Source: Octopus vulgaris
Taxonomy: Eukaryota
NCBI GenBank assembly: GCA_951406725.2
Contig: OX597815.1
Span: 138,384,001 to 138,448,000 of the forward strand
Reading direction: 5' to 3'
Length of the DNA: 64,000 nucleotides
Shown: positions 13,975-25,827 of the stretch, piece by piece
How the letters are laid out: each line of letters starts with the position of its first letter
Numbering within the stretch: position 1 is the first letter of the stretch
Made by a program: the position numbers and the translations under genes
The notes under the pieces: model-generated
Told to the model about the DNA's origin: nothing
The model's database searches: none
The model's input: only the letters and a program-made list of their open reading frames with translations

Positions 13975-15485
13975 GAAAGCACGGAAATAACCATCAAAAC
14001 GAGCCCTGTCTTATTTATCAGAAGACGAGTTTTCCAAGGTGATTCGCTACGCATAAGACTTTTCGGCCTTGTTAAATGAAACCACCTTAGGATATATATG
14101 TTATGAACAAAAGATAAACCATCTCATGTATATGAACGAATTCGCGAAAAGTAAAGTAAAAAAAAAAAAACATAAGAAAACCTAAAATTATCCTCTGTTT
14201 GCGCAAAGACATAAATATAAATATGGGATTAAACAAATTCATCAAAGCGAAATTAAGAAGAGGCAAGTTATTAGCCAGAACTGAAAATATCACAATAGGC
14301 ATAGACACTATTAAAATACAACATATGGTAATGAGAAAAAAAATTAGGAGAAAATTCTAAAGAAGAGTTAAACTAGCATTAAACACTTATCTCAATACTA
14401 GAAATAACATTGTAAGTATAAATGAACTAGTCATTCCAGTTATAAACTACAACTTCAATATAATAAACCGGAACTAGGTGAATTGAAAAAGTGGATAGAA
14501 AGCCCAGGAAACTACTGGCAACATACCGAAGGCACCGTTCGGAAGAAGGCATACACAGAATATACATACCCCGCATACAAGGAGGGCATGGTCTGACACT
14601 AAGAGAAAACTTCTACAAAATAAAAATAGTTGAACTGCATATATACTTGCAAAGAAAAAAAAAACAAAGACAAAAATGGAAAAAAATCATAAAGGTAATA
14701 AAAAAAGTGAAAAGAAAAGAAACCTTCTCTATGCACAAGGAGGCAGAAACAAACAACATAGGAACAATAAATATGGATAAAAGACAACAGCAATTGTTAA
14801 AGAGACCAAAAATATACAACATGAAATAAAATTACAAAAGGTACTCAAGAAGAAAAGGAGATAAAAAAACTTCTCCATAGCTAATCTTCTGCAAGGATCA
14901 AAGGAAAAGAAGTAAACCGAAGTGAAAGTCAACTCTCAAAAACTCTGGTCTAAAAAGCAGAAACAAAGGGACTGATTGTTGCCGCTCAAGAACGAGTCCT
15001 GGTCACAAATAATTATAAAAATAAAATCATTGAAACGAATCCCAATACCAAATGGAGGATATACAACCAGTACAATGAATCAGTTGACTGTATCACCTCC
15101 GGTTGCCCAGTTCTTGCGAAATCTAAATATATACATAAGTGTGATCATATTGGCAGCTAGATCCACTGGGAAAGAAGCCAGCATTTTAATACACGAGCGA
15201 ATAAGCTGTTGTGTAAGCATGTACCGAAACCGTTTATAACAACGACCTGTCCAAAATAATTTGGAATACGCCCGTCCGAACTAACATAGGGATCCAGGCA
15301 AGTCATTCAGAAATAGCGATAAAAGACTGGAAAAACCAGCACATGCCACTAATAGACGTCAAATTCCCTTTGGATCACAATATTGCCCCAAAAAAGTAAA
15401 AATAAAAAAATTACAAGCTCCGAGAAATTGAAATATTCAAGATGTGAGTCATGAAGGTGAAAAACAATACCACGAGTAATAAATA
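13975..15485 (+). mobile_element. Second decayed R4/Dong-like element
   Basis: IRRRVFQGDSL, INHLMYMNE (YMDD-like), DRKPRKLL...RIYIPRIQGGHGL, AAQERVLVTNNY, ESVDCITSGCPVLA, IAIKDW...LIDVK (RLE region). Confidence 0.85.
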
Positions 15486-17230
15486 ATATAGAGTATTTAG
15501 CTTTTCTGAAATCCCTGTATTTCATATAGCTTAAATATATTTTTGAATTTCCCTTTTATATATAACTGTCGTTTGCTGAGTCTATTAGTGGCTTGCTGAA
15601 AATGCAAACATTTAGTTGTATTTGTATTATATTTATGTTGAAACTAAATTTATTCATGTTGAATTTCCATGAAATTGATTCATTTATTTTCTCTGTTAAT
15701 TAGAATAATTCTCTTCTTTCTTTCTTCTTTTTGATCTCCATTAATCCTTTTAAATTTAGTTTCGGAAAATATTCAGTGCTTTGCACGTACATTGATGGAA
15801 GTATTTATTTAAAGCTACATCTGCAAGCCACTTATGAAAATATGAACTGCAAAATACAGCAAATAATGGATTCTAAATATTCACTTCAACGCACGCATTT
15901 AAGAAATATAAGAAACTAAGGAACTGATGCGCTTAAAAGCATTTGCATCTTACATAGATTCGCAGATGCCGCTATGGATCCGAATTTTTTCTCACTATGT
16001 AATTTTCTATTGGGTTCATTTTCTATTCATTATGTATAAAAGCAGTAAATATGATGCGCAATCAATAAACATGGTATTAATTGCATTGACTTGACGAATT
16101 TCTTTATTCTAATATCCAGTGTCAATAAGAACATATATTTGGATATAACATGAGGATTCGGTAAACGAAAATATACACCGTGAGAGTGTAAGGAACGGGT
16201 ATAAAAAGAGAAACAAAGCTAAAGATATAGTGGGAAAATGGGAGATGACGGAAAAAGAGATGACTGGAAGTGCGGAAAATTTGACATTTTATACAGGAAT
16301 ATTAGCATATATATAAAACTGGTGATATATTTGAAAAACAATTATCAACAAAACATGCTAAATCTCAGAAATTACCTAAGCTGAGACTACTCAGTGTGTA
16401 ACAACTATTGTAATTCAAGTAATAAATGCAAGTAAGGATATATATGATTTGAAAAAGATTCGCATCCGATATAAAAGGATGCTAATGCAAATATAGTTAT
16501 TCATGTAACCAAATCTCTGAAAAATATTTTGGATCAGTGTGTTGTAACAATAAAATATTCAAATTTCTATATTTAATATACCTTAATAAAGATGTTGATT
16601 TTTAGTGCTTACCTACAGTATATTCAGAAGCCACGGCTCACATTCCATAGTGGAATTTAATCCCACTCACCTTTCCTTAAACTCTCCATTCACTTCTTTA
16701 ATTCACTTCTTTGTCTTATGTCTGTATGTATGCATGCTTGCATATGCGTGCATGTGCTTTTGTATGTGTATGTAGATGTGTGTTTGCTTAGAAGAGGGGG
16801 AGGTTGTGTGTTTGTGTATCTACGCGTGCGCGTGCGTATGTGGTTGTGTGTGCACATACGTGTAGTGTTTGTGGGTGTGTGTGCATAAGTCATCCGGTAC
16901 CTCTTTAAGAGAGCAACTATTTGTTCTAGGTTAGTCTGAATATTAATGGGTTTAGGGTGTAGTTCTTTATGCAGGGACGGGGAGGTGGGGAATAGAGTAA
17001 GTATGTGTATGAACGTCTGTATGTGCACGTGTGTCTGTAAGCATCTGCGTGTATGTGCCATAGTGCGTGTGTGTAAGCGAGCGTGTCTAGTCTTGTGTGT
17101 GTAATTGTATGGTTTAGTCGGTTCTGTGAGTGTAAATGTTCGTCTGAGTTTGTGTGTGTGTGTGTGTGTGCGTGTGCGTGTGCGTGCTTTCTTATTTGAC
17201 TGTATTCCAGCATATGTGTGTGTGTGTGTC

Positions 17231-17756
17231 TGGTGGCAAGCATCTGTGTATATGCTTCAGTGTGTGCGTTCTTGTATGTGTGTGAGTGTATGTGTGTTCC
17301 TGCCTACGTGTGTACGCGCGCTTGTGTGCATGTGCGTGGATGTGGAGGCACATGGCCTAGTGGTTAGAGTAGTGGACTCGCGGTCGAAGTATGCATGTAA
17401 ATATATATGAGTGTATATATTACTTCGATTTTGCATTTGGTTTGCAAGGTCCGTCGCAGGTGAGCGGCAAGATGCAGGAGGAAAGAGTGAGAGAAAGTTG
17501 TGGCGAAAGAATCAGCAGAAGTTCGCCAATTACCTTCTGCCGGAGTCACGTGGAGCTTAGGTGTTTTGCTCATAAAAACACACATCCGAACCCGCGATCC
17601 CTCGACCGCGAGTCCGCTGCTCTAACCACTAGGCCATGTGCCTCCACATCCACGCACATGTACACAAGCACGCGTACACACGTAGGCAGGAACACACACA
17701 CTCACACACATAAAAGAACGCACACACTGAAGCATATACACAGATGTTTGCCACCA
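17231..17756. repeat. ~155-bp inverted duplication (17231-17387 / 17602-17756)
   Basis: tggtggcaagcatctg...ggactcgcggtcga and its reverse complement, with a few mismatches. Confidence 0.95.
17440..17645 (-). mobile_element. tRNA-derived SINE (family D, 3'-truncated, V-domain-like start)
   Basis: Minus strand ggaggcacatggcctagtggttagagcagcggactcgcggtcgagggatcgcgggttcg (A and B boxes) ... gctcacctgcgacggacc. Confidence 0.75.
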
Positions 17757-18959
17757 ACTGGTAATGGAAGAATTGGTGACGCGCATCATCGATGATAGTG
17801 ATGCTGTTGACATCGTTTTATTGGACTTTGCCAAAGCTTTTGACTTGGTAAACCACCGCCTATTACTTGTCAATCTTCAAGCATATAGTTTCCATCCGGA
17901 TATTGTACGATGGGTTGGTGCCTTCCTCTCAGATCGCTCCTTCCAAGTCCAAGTTAATGGTTCGCTGTCCGACGTTTCCAGTGCGAGCAGTGGCGTACCT
18001 CAAGGTTCAGTGCTTGGGCCCTTATTGTTCTTAGTCTTCTTAAATGACTTGCCCGACGACCTCACCTATTTGGCCGACGATGTCAAACTGGTCGCTCCTC
18101 GCGGTGATATAGAGGATCTTCGTCGATGCCTCCACCAAATTTGGAGATGGTCTAACGAATGGGACCTGTGTCTGAATGTGTCAAAGTGCTGTCATCTGCC
18201 TGTTGGCTCTCCTCCTGCAACTCAACTTGATTTCGAGCCGGGTCGTCTGCTGCTGGAGAGGACCGATCAGGTTGAAGGACCTGGGTATCTTGGTGGATTC
18301 CTCCTTTTCGCCTTCGGCCCAGTGCATCCATGCTGCCAACAAAGCACGCGGAGTTCTGTTCTTGATTCGACGGTCATTCGAAATGCTCACAGCAGCCATA
18401 TTCCTACCGCTCTATGTCACGCTGGTGAGACCCATATTGGAGTACGGGATTCAAGCCTCTTCTCCTTATCTCCTCAAAGACATACAACATCTCGAAAGAG
18501 TCCAGAAGCTGGCTACCCGCATGGTTCTTGGTCTCAAGACTTTGTCTTATGAAGAAAGGCTGAAGACGCTCGACCTTTATTCTCTAGAAAAACGACGACG
18601 CCGTGGTGATCTCATTCTTGCTCACAACATCATAAGCGGAAAGTGTAACCACTCGAAGGAGCTGTTCTTCACTCCTGCTCCAGAGCGTCGGCTGCGGGGT
18701 CATTCCGAAAAGCTCTATCTGCGACGATTTCGTCTCAATCGAAGGAGAAGGGCTTTCTCCGTCCGGGTTGCGGATCCGTGGAATAAGCTGCCGGACGAGA
18801 TGGTGAAGATGCCGACGACCGCTCGGTTCAAAGTCTCCTTGACCACAAGTGGCCTGAACTCTTTACATGAACACCACCCTGTACATAACTCCATGTCCCC
18901 CTACATGGCCTTGCTTTTTTGCTTTTTGAGCCAAAATATTAACTAACTAACTAACTAAC
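17757..18959 (+). mobile_element. 5'-truncated CR1-type LINE, relatively young, with (AACT)n tail
   Basis: ORFs 17764-18552 and 18176-18946: VDIVLLDFAKAFDLVNH, SGVPQGSVLGPLLFL, YLADDVKL, KDLGILVD, LYVTLVRPILEYG, LERVQKLATRM, RRRRGDLI; frameshift near 18270. Confidence 0.95.
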
Positions 18960-20582
18960 ATATATGTATACATATATGTATGTAAGCATGTATTTATAAA
19001 TGTTCATGTCATTTTGATTTTAGGTTGTGCACAATCCCCCCAATTCTATTTCACCTTTCTCTAAGTATATTTGCCGATATATTTGCCTAGATAAAGCAGC
19101 AAGAGATAACGTAATTCTTTGCTAATCAATAACTATTATGATAAAGTATGACAAGGAACGGAGTTGTTAAAATCACAGGCACACACGCACATACCCGCAC
19201 TCAGTGGTGCTCAATATACAGCGCGGTAAGAAATGCAATGAAGAAAAGAACGAAAGTCAAGTACAAAGGTTGTGAAAGTGAAAGTAGGAAATTTTGACTG
19301 AAGAACGATATTGTATTCGTTGCTTAATAGGTTATATAATACAGTAAGCAAGGCATATGCGTAGGAAAAAAGATAAGCAGCATATAAACTTATATCTCCA
19401 AAAAATATCAGAATAAAAGAAAAATCTCTGAAAATAGAATTATTCAGATGCCTTGATAGATTTAATACAAGTTAGTTGCAAGTAGTTATGAAGGAAAGTT
19501 AAATACATAAAAAAAGATAAATTTGTTGATATGAACTATACTTTTTAAATTTCCAGTATATGATTACATAGGGGAAAGAAAATGTTAAGTGCTTTACATA
19601 TCAAAATAACTACATGAATATTCCTGAATATCTACATTCTATTTTTTTTTTCTCGCTGTATTTTTTTCAAGCTTTATATTATTTAATCATCATTATTCCA
19701 AGATTGTCGTCATGCTAACCTAGCTTAGTCTAACATTCCAGAAATAACAGTAGAGTCATAGTTAAGGATCAGTTGGTCGTAAATTACTTTAGAAACTCTT
19801 GTGGACTGGAATTCTTTGGAAAATTATACTGAAGATTTGAATGAAAAGAATATCTACGTATAGATATTCGCCCCCACCCCAAGAAGTTATGAGTACATAA
19901 AAGACACTCACGCATAGGGGAAAAAATAAAGATTGTTGTGAAACTTTGAATCTTGGGTGGAATTAAAAAACAAAAACAATGAGGTTGAAATTAAGTTGTT
20001 TAACCATAAAATGAGAAATAAAGATAATGCAACAGACCAACTAGGCAGAAATGTTTATAAAAGAGTTAAATGTTTCGGCTAAACTAAGTTTTAGAAGAAA
20101 AGAGGAAAGGAAGGGCTTACTTCACTAATGGTTATTCTATGGCACTAGAGAGATAACGTCATGTAATAAAGCTATTTGTTCTGAAATAAATCATATAAAA
20201 GGAAAATGTTCAAGATACCTATGAAAAAGTGAGACTGAATGAGAATTTACAAAGGGAAAGAAACTATTAAAAAAGTATTGAGTTTATTGAGAAGGTGAAG
20301 AGGGAATTAAACGAGGAAATATGATAGTAAATCAAAAGAAACATCAAAAGTAATTGGTTACGAAAAGAAGAATATAAGAACAGAAACAGAAATAATTAAG
20401 AAAGAAAAATGAATGTAAATGTAAGAGTAGATTAAAGAAAAAAAGCTAATAGCTAGAGTCGTAGAAAATCGGTCTAATCAGCTATCATAAATCAAATATA
20501 TAAATTTTATTTCTGCTTCAGGAAATAGAAGGAACTGAAAGGAAACAGAATGATGAAGCAACAGTAACAACGACAACCTTGC

Positions 20583-21625
20583 CATATACATACATACATA
20601 CATACATACATACATACATACATACATACATACACATATATATATATGTATGTACACACACACACATATATATATAGGTACACACATGCATACTTATATA
20701 CACGCACACTTATATATACATATGTACATATACATACATGTATATACGCACATTCATATATACATATAAATGCACACTAACAATCACACATATATCTGTA
20801 TATATATATATATGTATATGTATATGCGTATATATATATATATACGTATATATAGATACATATATATATTATATACATATATATATATTGACACACATAT
20901 ATATATATATATAGGTACACATATGCATACTTATATATACATATGTACATATACATACATGTATATACGCACATTCATATATACATATAAATGTGTGTGT
21001 ATATTTATACATATACGTACATACATGCACTCTAACAATCACACATATATATGTATATATATATGTATATGCGTATATATATATATACGTATATATATAC
21101 ATATATATATATATTGACACACACATATATATATACGTACACATATGCATACTTATATACACACACACTTATATATACATATGTACATATACATACATGT
21201 ATATACGCACATTCATATATACATATAAATGTATGTGTATACTTATACATATACGTACATACATGCACACTTACAATCGAACATATATATGTATATATAT
21301 ATATGTATATGTATATGCGTATATATATATATATATATATATATATACGTATATATAGATACATATGTCTATATTATATACATATATATATATTGACACA
21401 CACACATATATATATATACGTACACATATGCATACTTATATACACACACACTTATATATACATATGTACATATACATACATATATATACGCACATTCATA
21501 TATACATATAAATGTATAAATATATATATATATACACACACTTACAATCACACATATATATGTATATATATACGTATATATGCATATGTGTATATATATG
21601 TATATATATATATATATGTATATAC
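20583..21625. repeat. Complex AT/AC satellite, about four diverged units of ~220-285 bp
   Basis: catatgtacatatacatac...tatatacgcacattcatatatacatataaatg recurs at ~20720, 20940, 21180, 21460. Confidence 0.85.
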
Positions 21626-21834
21626 AGGCACAGATACGAAATTATCATGGACACTAGATTTTGTATTCTTACCCAGCTACATCTACATACGCTTATCAAT
21701 TGCTGGATACATAAATATATCTTGTGATTAGTTCAGCCAAATCACTACATCGAGGTAAAAAAAAAACCTACTCACGTGTACAAATACGCAAGAACATATA
21801 CGGACACATATATACGCATACTTATTTATACATT

Positions 21835-22077
<243 letters not shown>

Positions 22078-22664
22078 TAAATAGTACATACCCGCAAGCA
22101 CATATATGTTGCTTTTAAATTATTGTAGGTATTACTTGTGTAATCGGAATATACTTATCTACTCTGTTTTTATGTAGAGTGTTACAATTGAACTTACTTT
22201 CGACATGATTCATTACGTGTGTGTAAAATATTTAAATGTTATGTACTAGCAATTGTGTATATTAACGTGTGTATATGTGCATCCGTATGTCCATATATGT
22301 GGGCATAATTATTAAGCAACTTTGGTACTGATTGTATAGTAATACATAGATAATAGGTAATTGCTGTTAGCAAACATGTGGGAAACAAGCTTAAGCAGAA
22401 AGATTAACATAAACTGAACCTTGTGGGATCCATGTAATGGAAATTGAAGAGGTCATCAGATATTTATATAACAGAACTCACAAATTAGTTTCATGTTACC
22501 CATTCATAAACTTATGTATAAAATAAGTGATATAATAGAATATCTATATCACAAAATATTGATGTAATAATTGTATTTGTACAGTCCTCTTTGATATACC
22601 AGATAATTTACTCTACTTCATGTCTCAAAATATTTGAAACAAAATATATTTAGAAAAATGTCTT

Positions 22665-22807
22665 TCTACTATTGACAAAAAGTCCAAAAGTTTTGGTGAG
22701 TTGGGTAGTCCATTATATCAACCCCATAGCTCGACTGGTACTTGTGTTATCGACTCTGAAAGAACGAAATGCAAAATCGACCTCAGCGGAATTTGAACTC
22801 AGAACTC
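22665..22807 (-). mobile_element. Decayed family-A SINE fragment
   Basis: actggtacttgtgttatcgactctgaaagaacgaaatgcaaaatcgacctcagcggaatttgaactcagaac. Confidence 0.75.
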
Positions 22808-23176
22808 AGTAATAATCTTATGTATTTATGTTGTTTTGATCTTTACGCGTAGGTTTTAATTATGATATATTTTTTATCTCATTATAATTTAGCAGTTGAG
22901 TACATGTTACTCAACTTATTCTAATTATTACATGGAAGTAAATAAAATTAAAGTGAGATAATTCATTTTATTTTATATGATAAAATCTTGATTACTCTTT
23001 TAGGTTTATCATCTAGACTCTGATAAATGCCTGAGTATTGTTTTCATAGATGGAAAATCCTCGAAAGTTAAGATACTGTACTATAACCAGTGAATATAAT
23101 TCTCGTCAAATAGAAACCCAAAATGCTTACTATTATTATTATTTAAGTCACCTCCGAGTTCGATTCCAGGCAGTGA

Positions 23177-23239
<63 letters not shown>

Positions 23240-23271
23240 CAACAACAACAACAACAACATCAAAAATACCT

Positions 23272-23502
23272 ATTTCTTTACTACCCACAAGGGGCTAAAC
23301 ACAGAGAGGAAAAAACAAGGACAGACAAACGGATTAAGTCGATTATATCGACCCCAGTGCATAACTGGTACTTATTTAATCGACCCCAAAAGGATGAAAG
23401 GCAAAGTCGACCTCGGCGGAATTTGAACTCAGAACGTGACGGCAGACGAAATACGGCTACGCATTTCGCCCGGCGTGCTAACGTTTCTGCCAGCTCGCCG
23501 CC
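23272..23502 (-). mobile_element. Full-length family-A SINE with 16-bp target-site duplication
   Basis: Close match to 51411-51642 and 40744-40974; TSD aacatc(a/g)aaaatacct at 23256-23271 and 23513-23528. Confidence 0.92.
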
Positions 23503-23562
23503 CTAACATCGGAACATCGAAAATACCTTAGGAATGAGAACCCAGGTTCGAAATTTCCTCAA

Positions 23563-23608
23563 GACACCTGATAAAGGCTGGAGAGTATATCAGCCGAAAC
23601 GTTGTGTT
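23563..23608 (+). ncRNA. Minimal hammerhead-like motif with G8>A core mutation
   Basis: gacac CTGATAA a ggctg-gagagtatat-cagcc GAAAC GTT gtgtt; helices I and II pair; palindromic AACGTT at helix III. Confidence 0.7.
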
Positions 23609-24146
23609 AACAACAAACAAGATGAGGACAAATATCCGTCAAATATAAATAATGTAAATAATGTATATATGTATATTTATATATTATGTATATACATGGC
23701 CTGCTCGCTTAGCCAGCGGGGTGGCGTCATTCAAAGGATAAAACAATGCGAACGCATTGTGACCAGCGATGTGTAGCAACATCTGATGGTCTGGTCGGTC
23801 ACGTGATCACGTGATCTATATACATATACATATATATGTGTGTGTGTGTATCTACACCTTAAGAAGGCATGACGGTGTGGAATTATCTGCGATAAATGCC
23901 TTTAAAGACTTATTAAAATCACTACATCTGAAGGAGACGAATATCGTCGTTGCAGTGACTAACAAGAACCTCAGATTTCTCGATACCATGTGATTCATTA
24001 TCATCTTCATAAACAAAATTCAAGTCTCCATATACAAGAAACTGTAACTAAAACATTCACTGGTATTGCGGAAATTTGTCGTGCTCTATAAAAGAACTCG
24101 TTGCACGGAACTGAAGCAGCAGAGACAGATGGATAGATATATATAT

Positions 24147-24190
<44 letters not shown>

Positions 24191-25455
24191 AGAGAGAGAG
24201 AGAGAGGGAGAGAAAGAGCTAGAAAGAGAGAGAGAGAGAAAGTGAGAGAGTAGGGGTGCTTTGATAAATGCCATAAAAGACGACTGATGATGTGCAAAGT
24301 ATTTGTCATCAATGTAGAAAGTAAGTGTTTGAAAGTGAGATGATATCATAATGATTTCTTACCGTAGCTTTTATTGCACCATTCTGTAATTATCATAGGT
24401 TGTTTTACAAACCCTAATAAGTTCAACAAACTTCTCATTTCTATTATCAATCGATGAGAGGAACAATCCCCGAAGGTCATGCCGTTTTTTCCCCATTTTC
24501 ATAGTTCCGTGCGTAATTTGAATATGGATAGTAAAATAAACATTATATTAAATTCTCTAGAAGCTACAAAATATTTTCCTTGTCCCCTAGTCAACCATTT
24601 CATATTGAAACGGAATAGATATTGATTTCATCAATCTGAATATGTCGACGAAATATTGATTTATTGATAGATATATATTATTGAACAAAAATGAACGAAA
24701 AAGCTGATTGTAACATCATATGTGCGTATGTCGCTTTATAACTTCCATTCTTTCACTTTATCGCCTCCTCTATGTACACACAGACACAGACACACACAGA
24801 GTCACTCACATACACATATCATCAGGGGTTAAACATAGGGACAGAATACACATGAAACTTCGACTAGCGACAGGGACAAGTGTTTTGTTGGTATGCGTTT
24901 AAAAAGCGCTTACGTAGTTTTTCAAGAAATCAATTATCATATATATATATATAATTTTTCCGTCCAATATATTTTCACTATGTTTTTACAGTGTATGTAA
25001 AGGCGACTGACATTTACATCCATTCCTTGCAATTGCGCATTTGTGAAAATATTGCTTGGCTTATTTCAAAAATCAAAAAAATTACAACCATATTTCTGTC
25101 TCACATCAATATATCCTCCCCTATTGATTCATCTTTTGTACGTTTAGTCACTTTCTTATATTTTTTTCTTTTTAGCCACTTCCGCTTTTTATATTTCTTT
25201 TCTGTAACTCTCGCTTTCTGTCGCTACTTCAGGCTTATATTTCAGGGTTTTTTTAATTTCATATAATATGTATGTATGTATGTACGTATGGATGGGTATA
25301 TGTATGTATATGTGTGTATATGTGTGCATATAAAATATCCCTACTCGCACGTATACGCAATGATAAACTACACACATATGTATATACCAACCGACAGACC
25401 AACTGATATATATATATATATGTATGTGTGTGTGTTTGTGTGTGTGTTTTGTGTG

Positions 25456-25508
<53 letters not shown>

Positions 25509-25827
25509 AAAAGAGGATTTATTACATTTGCTTTACTATTCATATTGAAATTATACTGCAGCATTTGAAAATGGTAAATTTGACATCGGACCACCTGTTT
25601 TCCTCTTCTCAAGTGTGACCAATTTGTATGAGTTCTTTCGTGGCAAAATCCTCTAGATTTGCTGCTAGCCTTGCAGTTCACTTTACACTGAAATATATTC
25701 TAAAAAACGACATCGAAATAGAGTCGCTGGCCCCGAGTTAAAAGAATGAAAAAAATAGTTTTATTGACAAACAAAAGGACAAGTGATCAAACCATAAGCG
25801 AATTTCTTTGTCTTTAAAAATGACATG

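Noticed and set aside
15791-15846. Minus-strand exon candidate SYFHKWLADVALNKYFHQ
   Set aside because: Short, with a moderate donor, no homology and no compatible neighbouring exon; expected by chance.
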